Source of the DNA: Limnochordia bacterium | GTDB lineage: Bacteria > Bacillota > Limnochordia > DTU080 | Direction: 5' to 3' | Assembly: GCA_050951545.1 (NCBI GenBank) | Contig: JBMNJG010000005.1 | Location: 128,001-192,000, forward strand | Length of the DNA stretch: 64,000 nt | In this document: positions 9,059 to 18,361 of the stretch, in pieces | Numbering within the stretch: the stretch's first letter is position 1 | Layout of the letters: each line of letters starts with the position of its first letter | Translations under genes and position numbers: made by a program | The notes under the pieces: model-generated | The model's input: the letters and a program-made list of their open reading frames with translations, nothing else | Database searches by the model: none | Told to the model about the DNA's origin: nothing

Positions 9059-9997
9059 ATGGATCCGATTGAGCAGTATCTGAAGGAGATTACCCCACGC
9101 CTTCCGCGCCATAAGCGACTGAATGTCCTGGCGGAACTGCGCCGCAACATTAATGATCGCATCGGCCAGCTCGAAAGCGAAGGCTACGAGTCAACGGCGG
9201 CCACGGTCAAGGTAGTGGCTGAGCTAGGTGACCCTAACGAACTGGCCGCTGAGTATGGGGGCGGCCGGGTGATCATCCCCGCCACCCGCTACCACATCTT
9301 CAAGGCTTCTGCTTCAGTGCTGGTCGGCCTGCATCTGCTGGCCACATGTGTCACCACCCTGATGGATGTGGACGTACTGCTGCTTTTTGTGCGCTTACCC
9401 AATCTACGAGGATGGTCAGCACATGAGGTGCTCTGGGTGCTAACCATACAGGTGTTGGCTGATATAGGTATCGTCACTTTGTTTTTCTGGTCTGCCGATC
9501 TGACGCTGCCCCGAAAGCTCGCAGGGATGGCGGTCCGCGCTCGGACAGCAGAGGCCAAACCGCATTGGTCAGGACTCATCCTTCCTCTGATTCTACTCGG
9601 CGTGTTCAACATATGGCGCAACGAGCTCTTTGTTCTGCAGACTGCAAATGCCGAGACCTGGTATGAGCTGCCCATTTTGAGTCCGGCGTTCATCCAAACC
9701 TACCTGTGGCCAGTAAACCTGGTGCTGCTGCTTGCCTTGGGGATACACACCTACAAGATCATCAGTGGACCTACGCTCGCTGCAGCATGTGCGGAACTGA
9801 TCTATCGCCTCTCCGCCTTCGCACTCACTGGTGCCTTGCTTGGCGTAGAAGAACCCTTTGAGCTCAACGTAGGTCAGCTTCAGTCACTAGAACCGGTACT
9901 GGTTGGGGTGTTTCGGTTGGTGTTGCTAGCCGCTATGTTCTCCAATGCATTCGCTACGTATAGGGCAGGAGCACGCGTGCTCGACCGCGTGAAATGA
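9059..9997 (+). CDS. Membrane protein with N-terminal HAAS / permease-prefix domain
   Basis: IEQYLKEI...ELRRNINDRI...ELGDPNELAAEY followed by several TM helices; ATG 9059 after AAGGGG. Confidence 0.75.
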   Translation: MDPIEQYLKEITPRLPRHKRLNVLAELRRNINDRIGQLESEGYESTAATVKVVAELGDPNELAAEYGGGRVIIPATRYHIFKASASVLVGLHLLATCVTTLMDVDVLLLFVRLPNLRGWSAHEVLWVLTIQVLADIGIVTLFFWSADLTLPRKLAGMAVRARTAEAKPHWSGLILPLILLGVFNIWRNELFVLQTANAETWYELPILSPAFIQTYLWPVNLVLLLALGIHTYKIISGPTLAAACAELIYRLSAFALTGALLGVEEPFELNVGQLQSLEPVLVGVFRLVLLAAMFSNAFATYRAGARVLDRVK

Positions 9998-10017
9998 GGC
10001 GAAGAGAGGTCTGACCA

Positions 10018-11172
10018 ATGTCCAGTCCGCGAACCACTGGGATCGCCCTTGTCGGCTATGGAGGGATCGGCAAAGTTCACGCTTTCGCATACAAAGCGCT
10101 GGCGTTGTTTTACCGCCAGTTGCCGCTGCATCCCAGCCTAGCCTGGGTCGCAGTGCGCCGAATGGAGAGCGGGATTTCGGCGCAAAAGGAGATCGGCTTC
10201 TCAAACCTCAGCACAGACTACACGGAAGCAGTATCGGCCGCCGATGTCGACATCGTGGACTGCTGCACTCCCAATCACCTGCATGCCCCGGTTATCTTGG
10301 CTGCACTTGCGGCTGGGAAGCACGTCTACTGTGAGAAACCCCTTGCCATGGACGTGAATGAGGCCCGCACGATGCTTCGGGCTGCCGAAGAAGCGGGCGT
10401 GGTTCATCAAGTCGCCTTCAACTACCGCTTCGTCCCAGCGGTATGGCGAGCAAAGCAGCTCATTGCAGCAGGTCGATTGGGCGAGATCTATGGTTTCCGC
10501 TTCCTGTATCTGCACTCCGGGTACACAGACAAAGCTCGACCGCTCTCATGGCGTCTGCAGAAGGCATCCGGAGGTTCGGGAGCCCTGGGTGATCTGGGTT
10601 CGCATGTGATCGACATGAGTCGCTACCTTCTTGGCGAGTACGCGGCAGTCTCTGCCACTTTGCACACCTATATCAAGACGCGCCCGCTACCTACCGCCCC
10701 TCATCTCTCGGGTGCGGTCGATGTAGACGACATCTTCCTATGTCAGGTGCAGCTGGCAGGCGGGGCAGTGGGCACCATTGAGGCTTCACGCATGGCCACC
10801 GGATCCAACGATGACCTGCGCTTTGAGATTCACGGATCGTTGGGCGCCCTACGCTTCAACCTTATGGATCCAAACTGGCTCGAGTTCTATGATGCCACCA
10901 AGCCACGTGAGCCGTTGGGCGGTGAGCGCGGCTTTACGCGTATCGAGACCGCTGGCCGCTATCCGGAGCCCTCCTGCTTTCCATCGGCTCGGGCACCAGT
11001 AGGCTGGCTACGCTTCCACATAGCCAGTCAATATGACCTGCTTTGCCGCGTAGCGGGCCAAGAGGCACACGGGGCCACCTTTGTCGATGCCCTTCGCGTA
11101 CAGGAAATCATGGCCGCCATCGAGAAGTCCTCACAGACAGGAGCTTGGGTGACGGTGTCACACGCCACATAG
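10018..11172 (+). CDS. Gfo/Idh/MocA family oxidoreductase
   Basis: GYGGIG, TPNHLH, GKHVYCEKP, GALGDLGSH. Confidence 0.93.
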   Translation: MSSPRTTGIALVGYGGIGKVHAFAYKALALFYRQLPLHPSLAWVAVRRMESGISAQKEIGFSNLSTDYTEAVSAADVDIVDCCTPNHLHAPVILAALAAGKHVYCEKPLAMDVNEARTMLRAAEEAGVVHQVAFNYRFVPAVWRAKQLIAAGRLGEIYGFRFLYLHSGYTDKARPLSWRLQKASGGSGALGDLGSHVIDMSRYLLGEYAAVSATLHTYIKTRPLPTAPHLSGAVDVDDIFLCQVQLAGGAVGTIEASRMATGSNDDLRFEIHGSLGALRFNLMDPNWLEFYDATKPREPLGGERGFTRIETAGRYPEPSCFPSARAPVGWLRFHIASQYDLLCRVAGQEAHGATFVDALRVQEIMAAIEKSSQTGAWVTVSHAT

Positions 11173-11176
11173 GCCT

Positions 11177-11749
11177 CTAGCTTCTTCCGAGACGCTTTCT
11201 GCCCCGTGACAAGCCGCTTTCCCACCAAGCCAAGATCCGCGCTACCCGATAGACGATCATGTTTGCGTGTTTTATCGCCGGGCCTTTTCCCAGCGCCTTT
11301 CCGGCGACTGTCAGCGTGGACACAATCGGCGCCATAATGACAATCAAAAGAGGCTTCTGCAAAGATGCCACCAGCATCGCTCCCATAGCACCACTGAGCG
11401 TACCAGCGACATCTCCGACGAGGTCGTTGCAGAAGTTCGAGACTTCTCCCGCCCTTCTGACTAACCTGACCGCGTGGCTGGCGCCAAAGACCCTCTTGGC
11501 TGCCATGGCATGAAATGGTGATTCGTGGGCTGAGACTACTGCGGTGCCGATGATATCAAAAAGAATGCCGATAAGGATGACGATAAGGAGAAGCACGACG
11601 GAGATGAAGGGTGAGACTGCCTCCAAGAATCCCCTGGTTGCCCCACTGACAAAAAACGTTACCACAAAGGTTGAGACCGCAATGAGCCAGATCCTGTGGT
11701 ACCCTTGATTTATATGCCCGGAAATCCTTCGACGTTGCCTCATCGACAT
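11177..11749 (-). CDS. oapA: OLE-associated protein A (DUF21-like membrane protein)
   Basis: GILFDIIG, PFHAMAAKRV.GA, SNFCNDLVGD (DxxGD), TVAGKALGK; directly downstream of the OLE RNA. Confidence 0.9.
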   Translation of the reverse strand: MSMRQRRRISGHINQGYHRIWLIAVSTFVVTFFVSGATRGFLEAVSPFISVVLLLIVILIGILFDIIGTAVVSAHESPFHAMAAKRVFGASHAVRLVRRAGEVSNFCNDLVGDVAGTLSGAMGAMLVASLQKPLLIVIMAPIVSTLTVAGKALGKGPAIKHANMIVYRVARILAWWESGLSRGRKRLGRS

Positions 11750-11821
11750 GAGCGCCTCTCATTCATGTGCTCGTGGCGGGGCAACCTGGAGGCTTTTGCA
11801 CTGACTCCACAAAAAGACGAA

Positions 11822-12413
11822 AGGTAGTGGCAGCCAGACGAGTAAATATTGTGGCTTAGGTCCAGTAGGTTTTCCCAACAGAACACTGGTGCGTTGCCGC
11901 CTCCAGCGGTTCCCCTTTCAGCCCTGCTCTGGCTTGCGCCAGGACTGGATTACCACTTAGTCCACACTGCAATCCCCGAATGACTTGCCCATCGAGCAAC
12001 AGCCTAGGAGATTTCCTCAACACCACAGGCCATATCCTAGCCTCTCTTGCAGGGCGGGTTTCAAGCGGAAAGCTTCGAGGATGATCCAGAAATCTCCGCT
12101 ATCCCAATCGCCCCACTCAAGGCAGGCTACTCTGCACCCCACGCAGCTCAAGATACTTGCGCATTACTCACTACATCGCGTGCAGGTTCCTCTTCCATGC
12201 CGTAGAAGGCGCAAGCTCCACGCACATGGATCTCCACGGAGCAGGGTCAACGCCTACATGCCGTTGTAGATCGCCCTAACTCCTTAACCCTCAGCACCAC
12301 CCCCGACTGGGCGTCGAAAGCCAGCACCAAGGACTTCATCGATGTGCCCCTGACGGATTCTTAGGCCCGCCTTCAGATATGGAAGCAGTGACTAGGATAC
12401 TGCACCACTACCT
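11822..12413 (-). ncRNA. ole: OLE (ornate, large, extremophilic) RNA, ~590 nt
   Basis: 5' part GUGCAGUAUCCUAGUCA...GAAGGCGGGCCUAAGAAUCCG...GGGCACAUCGAUGAAGUCCUUGGUGCUGGC; 3' part GGAAAACCUACUGGACCUAAGCCACAA; ends pair (AGGUAGUGG/CCACUACCU); followed by oapA. Confidence 0.93.
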
Positions 12414-12427
12414 CTCGAATTACGTTC

Positions 12428-12456
12428 ATTATAGCCCTATCACGAGTGCGATGCAA
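12428..12456 (-). promoter_or_regulatory. Sigma-A promoter of ole-oapA
   Basis: TTGCAT-17 bp-TATAAT just upstream of the OLE 5' end. Confidence 0.8.
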
Positions 12457-12673
12457 TGAGGCTGGTCAGCGGTCGTTCAGCCAGCACACGACATGAGCGT
12501 AGACAAAAAAGGTGTCACAGTTGGCAGGAACCACGCCCCGAACAGCCAAACTCAAGTATGTCTCGACAATGGCTCAAAACGCCATCGTCGGTACATATCA
12601 CCTTCGGCCCCTAAGAGGCCGTCATGTTACAATATGATGACGTCGTATTTTTGATCTGGGGAGGCTCGGGGCG

Positions 12674-13024
12674 ATGAGGCGGCTGAGCAAAAAAGACCTC
12701 AGCTTTCTTTTCATAGTTCTATGTGCGTTAACGCTTGCCGTGACATCCATAGAAACCCTCGCCCTGACTAATCCTGTAGCTGGCCGTGAAGAGGCCGAGT
12801 TGGGGTTTCTCCCTCAAGCAGGCACACTGTTCATCCTCGAAAACAGCTTCAAGAATGAACCGCTTCCCTTGCGTCCGGTACTGGTCATGGCTGGGATGGC
12901 TGTCTGTGCGATTCTAGCTACCCATGGTCATTGTATCGGTTACTTCCCCGCACCTACCTCATTGCCGACGGATTACCGGCTCTTTTTTTTGCTGCCCGTC
13001 TTTAACAGCAAATTCAAAGATTGA
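12674..13024 (+). CDS. Leader ORF upstream of secDF; candidate secretion-monitor arrest peptide
   Basis: SD GGGAGG; signal-like N-terminus MRRLSKK + hydrophobic stretch; second hydrophobic segment; C-terminus RLFFLLPVFNSKFKD; possible extended -10 TG-n-TACAAT at 12625-12633. Confidence 0.7.
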   Translation: MRRLSKKDLSFLFIVLCALTLAVTSIETLALTNPVAGREEAELGFLPQAGTLFILENSFKNEPLPLRPVLVMAGMAVCAILATHGHCIGYFPAPTSLPTDYRLFFLLPVFNSKFKD

Positions 13025-13089
13025 TCCCTTGTAGCCGTCACCACTTCACGCCTTCTTGTCTTACATGTACACACCACTAAGGGGGATTA
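13022..13089 (+). promoter_or_regulatory. Putative anti-SD hairpin sequestering the secDF ribosome-binding site
   Basis: UGAUCCCUUGUAG (13022-13034, includes the leader stop codon) can pair with CUAAGGGGGAUUA (13077-13089): 12 of 13 pairs counting G-U. Confidence 0.6.
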
Positions 13090-13091
13090 GC

Positions 13092-15171
13092 ATGATTCCA
13101 AAGAATGAACGTTGGAAGGCTATTGCTATTCTGGTGCTCGTCGTCGTTGGTGCCATAGCCATTTGGCAGCGCCCACTTCATCTTGGACTGGATCTGCGAG
13201 GCGGCACCAGTATCTTACTCGAAGCCGATAGCGAGGGCCGTGCTCTAGAGAGCGGCACGATGGAGCAACTGATTGGGGTAGTCGAACGGCGCGTCAACCA
13301 GCTAGGATTGACCGAGAGTGTCGTCCAACGCCGAGGCACTGATCGCATCGCGGTGGAGCTGCCTGGCTATGATGATCAGGACGCTGCGATAGCAGCCTTA
13401 GGTAAGACCGCCCTACTGACCATGAGCGATGAGCATGGCAACGTAATCATCACTGGTGCTGAGCTCAAAGAAGCTACCCTCTCAAGAGACAACTATGGGC
13501 GTCCCGCGGTCGCTGTAACCTTCCGCCCTGATGGCGCTACGAAGTTTGCCACCTTTACTCGGGCGAATGTGGGCAGGGCACTTGTCATCCGCTTGGATGA
13601 CGATATCCTTTCCACAGCTGTCATCCAGGAGCCTATCACAGATGGTCGGGGCCAGATTAGCGGCCGCTTCTCTATCGACGAGGCCAAGGAGCTGACAGCG
13701 TTGCTTCGAGCTGGTGCCCTACCCGTTCCGGTCAGGGTGGTTGAGGCGCATACAGTCGGCCCCAGCTTGGGTGAGGCATCTGTGCAGCAAAGCCTCCAAG
13801 CCGCCATTATCGGGTTGATCGGTACCGTCGTCTTCATGATTCTCGCGTACCGCGGTCTAGGTCTCGTGGCGGCTCGTTGCCCTCTGCATCTACGCCGTGT
13901 TGGTGGCTGGTGGACTCATGGGCATGGGCGCCGTGCTTACCCTGCCTGGTATCGCGGGCCTGATGCTCTCAATCGGCATGGCCGTAGACGGCAACGTGTT
14001 GGTCTTTGAGCGGGCCAAGGAGGAGTATAAGAATACCAACAGCGTCTACGCAGCCATACGCAAGGGCTATGAGCGAGCGTTTTCAGCCATCGTTGACTCT
14101 AACGTGACCACATTACTGGCTGCACTGATCTTGTTCTTCTTGTCCGCAGGCGCTGTCCGAGGCTTTGCTATCACTCTGGGCATCGGTGTACTCGCTAGCT
14201 TCATCACTGCCGTTACAGCCTCGCGCATTCTGACCTACATCCTAGCTGGCATCGGAATGCAAGAACGCCCTGCGGCCATGGGCCTCACCACGAAATTTAG
14301 GTCCACTAACTGGAACGTGGTGCGACGCCGTGGCCTGTGGTTCGGCATTTCCGGCCTGCTGATTCTCATCAGCTTGTTCTCTTTAGTAACGAAAGGTCTT
14401 GACTACGGTCTGGATTTCGCGGGCGGTACGCTGGTGGAAGTGCAGACCAACCGCAGCCTGAACTTGTCGGAGATCGAGAGCCATACAGCAGACGTGGGCA
14501 TCACTAATGTCTTGATCCAGCCTAGCACACAATCGTTCTCACTCAAAGGCAAGGATCTCTCCAAAGAGGATGTCCAGAAGTTGGTCAGCGAGCTCGAGGA
14601 GGACGGCCTGGAGCCGCACCTGATTCGACAAGAGTATGTAGGTCCCTCTATCGGCAGCGAGGTGCGGCAGAAAGCTGTGTTGGCGCTGCTACTCGCTTTG
14701 ATCGGACAGATCATCTACGTCAGCATCCGCTTTGAGTGGCGTTTTGCCATCTCGGCTGTGGCGGCCCTGTTCCACGATGTACTGCTACTGGTAGGGCTCT
14801 TCTCGATTCTACAGCTAGAGATCGATGGGACCTTCGTTGCAGCTCTACTAACGATCGTCGGTTACTCCATCAACGATACCGTGGTTATCTTTGATCGTAT
14901 CAGGGAGAACCGAAAGCTTATGCGAGATGCGCAGTGGCCCGATCTGGTGAATAGTTCCATCACCCAGACGATGTCCCGCTCGCTCAACACAGGTCTGTCG
15001 ACGCTGATCGTCTTGGCTGCACTGCTGTTCTTGGGTGGAGACACCCTGTTTAGCTTCGCCTTGGCCCTCTTCACTGGTGTTGTCGTGGGTACCTACTCGT
15101 CAGTCTTTGTCGTCGGTCCCCTGGTTGCTGTCTGGCATGACAACACACACAGGAGGCAAAAAAGGGCCTAG
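13092..15171 (+). CDS. secDF: Protein translocase subunit SecDF (fused), one +1 frameshift near 13874
   Basis: LGLDLRGG, VGPSLG, LTLPGIAG..IGMAVDGNV.FER, GLDFAGG, GYSINDTVVIFDRIRE. Removing one base joins the two ORFs into ~692 aa (GLVAAVALCIYAVLV). Confidence 0.93.
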
Positions 15172-15198
15172 GCTATCACGAAGTGCAACCCAGATGGG

Positions 15199-15227
15199 AA
15201 GGGGACGCTGGTCGTCCCCTTTTCTTT
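15199..15227 (+). terminator. Rho-independent terminator after secDF
   Basis: AAGGGGACG-CTGGT-CGTCCCCTT followed by TTCTTT. Confidence 0.85.
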
Positions 15228-15320
15228 GCAGGAGATCACGCCGGGTTTCATGACGGGTGCCTGTTGATGTAGTGGTCTCTTTCGGGCATAATGAGGACGA
15301 TATGAAGGGACGGGTTTACT

Positions 15321-16949
15321 ATGCCAACATCCAGAGGATCTCAACGCCCACCTGCTCGCAGACCGCGTAGCGAGGACGCGCAGCGAGCCCTTCCACGCAG
15401 ATCCCCACACTCTGCTCCTGTCGAGCCGTCCCAGCTGATGCAAGACTACATAGATCAATTGGTCACCGCTCGGGGGGCCGAGCTCCTTGGTGTGGCCCAG
15501 CAGATGGCCCGCCACGGTAGCGATGCGATCTCAGCGGTCGACCGTCTTCTCAACTCGCGTAACAAGCACTTGCGCCTGGCCGGAACCCTTGTCCTCAGCC
15601 ACGTCGGACACCCCAGGGCAGTCCCCGGGCTAGTCCATGCCCTACAGGATGATGACAACGCCGTTCGCCTCCAAGCCGCCGCAGGTTTGGGTAACCACAA
15701 GACGCGCCAAGCACGCCATGCCCTCTTTACTGCCTTCCCCGACAGATCACCAAGCATATCCGTAGCGCTTCTACGCTCTATGGAGAAGATGATGACGCCC
15801 GAGATGGCGGATGCACTGCAGGCCATGGAACGTCAGAGACTCGCGCCTCGCGTCCGCACTGAGATCGAACAGATTCTGGCGCGTAGCCAAGTGAGAAGCC
15901 GAGGCCAGCAGAAGCGCCATTCTGACTCGAAGGTGGAGCGCAAGGCCAAAGCAAAACAGCCGCCCTTAGCGTCTGCTCCTTGGTTGCGCCTGCTGCCAGG
16001 AGGGCGGTGCGTGGGTCGGGTAGTTCCCGGTCTCGAGGACACCGTCGCCACCGTTCTGACTTGGCGCATACCCAGTGCTCATGTCATCGACGCCAAAGAT
16101 GGACTGGTCCGCTTTTCCGTTGATAAGGGCGACATGTCGCGACTCGTGCAAGCGCGGTTGCTTAAGTCGGTGTCACTGAACCTGGAGCGCGCACCTGGCG
16201 TAGATCTTGTAGAGGACCGAAACCTTATCAATCCCCTCTACGCCTTTGCCCATGCCAAGGGGCTGCAGTCACTGGTCATCACTGGCGATATCTCCTCAGT
16301 CGATGCGCGGGTACTGGGACAGCTGTTGGGTCTGCGTAGCGCCAGACCTCCTGGCTACGCCGATACGCTGCGCCTACACATCACATCACCCGAGGTATTC
16401 GTAGAGTTTTTGGCCCCCGACGACTACCCAGCCCTCCGAAACATGACGCCCATATCAAGAGCCTTGGCGGCCTGTCTGGCCGCGCTTACGGTCTCTGGTC
16501 CGACAGACGTCTTCTGTGATCCCTTCTGTGGAGATGGGTCGGTAGTTGTCGAACGCAGTCTGCTGGGCCCCTGGAGCAAAGCCTATGCGTATGATCTGGA
16601 TGCTACACACTTGCAGACAGCACAACATGCCTGGAGAGTCTTGGCTTCCCTAGGAGACAACCCGGTTGGATCGACGCAGTTCACCACCTGGCAGCAGACG
16701 AGACTCCCTCTTGACTCCACCACTGTGGATGCCATGGCCGCGATTTTGAGCCCCGAGATGAATGATGTGCTTCTCCCTCGCCATATCGCGGAAATATCCC
16801 GTGTGCTCCGAGCTGGCGGCCGGGCAGCCTTCCTTACGGCGGATAGCACTCGCCTAGCTGAGCGTCTTCAGGGTAGCGAGCTCGCCATTCGTCAGACGAT
16901 TGCTGTGGGTGATCCCCTCATAGGTGAGATCGTCGTACTGGTCAAATGA
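15321..16949 (+). CDS. HEAT-repeat protein fused to a UPF0020/Trm14-like methyltransferase-fold domain
   Basis: HEAT/PBS-lyase-like repeats (LVHALQDDDNAVRLQAAAGLG); C-terminal FCDPFCGDGS, YAYDLD, RVLRAGG. Confidence 0.75.
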   Translation: MPTSRGSQRPPARRPRSEDAQRALPRRSPHSAPVEPSQLMQDYIDQLVTARGAELLGVAQQMARHGSDAISAVDRLLNSRNKHLRLAGTLVLSHVGHPRAVPGLVHALQDDDNAVRLQAAAGLGNHKTRQARHALFTAFPDRSPSISVALLRSMEKMMTPEMADALQAMERQRLAPRVRTEIEQILARSQVRSRGQQKRHSDSKVERKAKAKQPPLASAPWLRLLPGGRCVGRVVPGLEDTVATVLTWRIPSAHVIDAKDGLVRFSVDKGDMSRLVQARLLKSVSLNLERAPGVDLVEDRNLINPLYAFAHAKGLQSLVITGDISSVDARVLGQLLGLRSARPPGYADTLRLHITSPEVFVEFLAPDDYPALRNMTPISRALAACLAALTVSGPTDVFCDPFCGDGSVVVERSLLGPWSKAYAYDLDATHLQTAQHAWRVLASLGDNPVGSTQFTTWQQTRLPLDSTTVDAMAAILSPEMNDVLLPRHIAEISRVLRAGGRAAFLTADSTRLAERLQGSELAIRQTIAVGDPLIGEIVVLVK

Positions 16950-17010
16950 AAAAAAGGCCGTGGCATGGGCACTCTCGTTGCAGAGTGAGCGCCCATTTCC
17001 ATGGCCTTTT
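16949..17010. terminator. Long bidirectional terminator between convergent genes
   Basis: AAAAGGCCGTGG...CCATGGCCTTTT with inner arms ATGGGC/GCCCAT and CACTCT/AGAGTG. Confidence 0.75.
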
Positions 17011-17015
17011 CGCTT

Positions 17016-18207
17016 TCAGACCGCCTTCTCTCCGCCAATCCACACACTGCACACACGCGATTGCACGTCAAAGGGATGTCCCGACCACAGCACCAAATCG
17101 GCGTCTTTCCCTGGTTCGATGCTGCCTAGCCGCGATTCCAGTCCCAGAATGCGCGCTGGGTTAATCGTCAAGGCGGCAAGGACCTTCTCCTCCGCCATGC
17201 CAGCCTTCATGACCAGAGCACCCACCATCGGCAGGTGTTCAATAGGTACCACAGGATGGTCCGTCGTCAGAGCCACGAGCACTCCGGCGTCTGCCAGGGT
17301 TCCTGGGAGTGGAGAAGCTCTTGTCCCTTACCTCGATCTTGGATCGTGAACTCAGGGTGGGCCCCACGATCGCGGGTACCCCTCTCTCAGCTAAGAAAGC
17401 TGCAATCTTATGCCCTTCGGTGCAGTGCTCGATGACGATGCGTACGCCGTACTCCTCAGCAATACGTATGGCAGTAACGATATCATCTGCCCGATGCGCA
17501 TGGGCCCGCAAAGGCACTTCACCCCGAATGACTGGCAGCAACGCCTCAAGCTTGAGATCCGTTTCGCACTGGTCGCCCTTCTCAGCTGCTCGAGCCCTCT
17601 TCTCGCCATAGTCTCTAGCTTTGGTCAACCATTCGCGCAGTAAAGCCGCAGTAGCCATGCGCGTAGAAGGTGCCTTGTCCTTTGCACGGTATACTCTTTT
17701 GGGATTCTCGCCAAAGGCAATCTTCATACCCACTCTGTCTGCAACAAGCATCTCGTCAACGATATTGCCCCGCGTATGGACCACAGCAGCTGCCCCACCA
17801 ATGACATTAGCGCTTCCTGGTACCACACAGACGGCCGTTACTCCGCCGTGCAGAGCATCTTGCACTCCAGTTTCGTGAGGATTTATACCATCAATCGCTC
17901 TCATATCTGGTGTGACGGAGCTTGTGGTCTCGTTGTAGTCTGCACCCTCCCAGCCGAGCCCCTGCTCGTGAATTCCGAGATGCGAATGAGCGTCAATGAT
18001 TCCGGGCATAAGCACGCCACCTTGGCCATCTACAACCTCAACTCGGCCAGCCGATAGGGCTGCTTCAACCTGCGGACCAAGAGCACTGGCACCTTGCGCA
18101 CTTAGAGCTCCTACAGCGATGATCTTGCCGTCTTCCCAAGCGACCGCGCCTTTGACGATAGGGGTAGACGTGATGGGATAGACGGTGACGTTTTGGACCA
18201 AGAACAC
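17016..18207 (-). CDS. Metal-dependent amidohydrolase, one +1 frameshift near 17306
   Basis: PGIIDAHSHLG, HAHRADD, IEHCTEG in one ORF; TTDHPV, GSIEPGKDADLV in the next frame; deleting one C restores STPGTLADAGV. Confidence 0.88.
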
Positions 18208-18361
18208 AGCAACCACCTCTGCTTTCCGTAACACATTCTCATTAATCCTACTACTACACCATTAGTGGAGTAACCTCCCCTGCCTCGTGCATAGGTTGGT
18301 GAAGGAGGGCGAACCACTGTGCTAGAAACATGAGTGTACGTACAGAAGGAGGCCACGTGCT

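Noticed and set aside
11822-12413. RNase P or tmRNA; ORF 11985-12269
   Set aside because: The signatures of those RNAs are absent. Sequence, length and the adjacent oapA fit OLE, and the ORF is antisense to it.
13056-15171. Separate secD and secF genes, or a programmed frameshift
   Set aside because: The break falls inside the SecD membrane domain, not at the D/F junction, and there is no slippery site.
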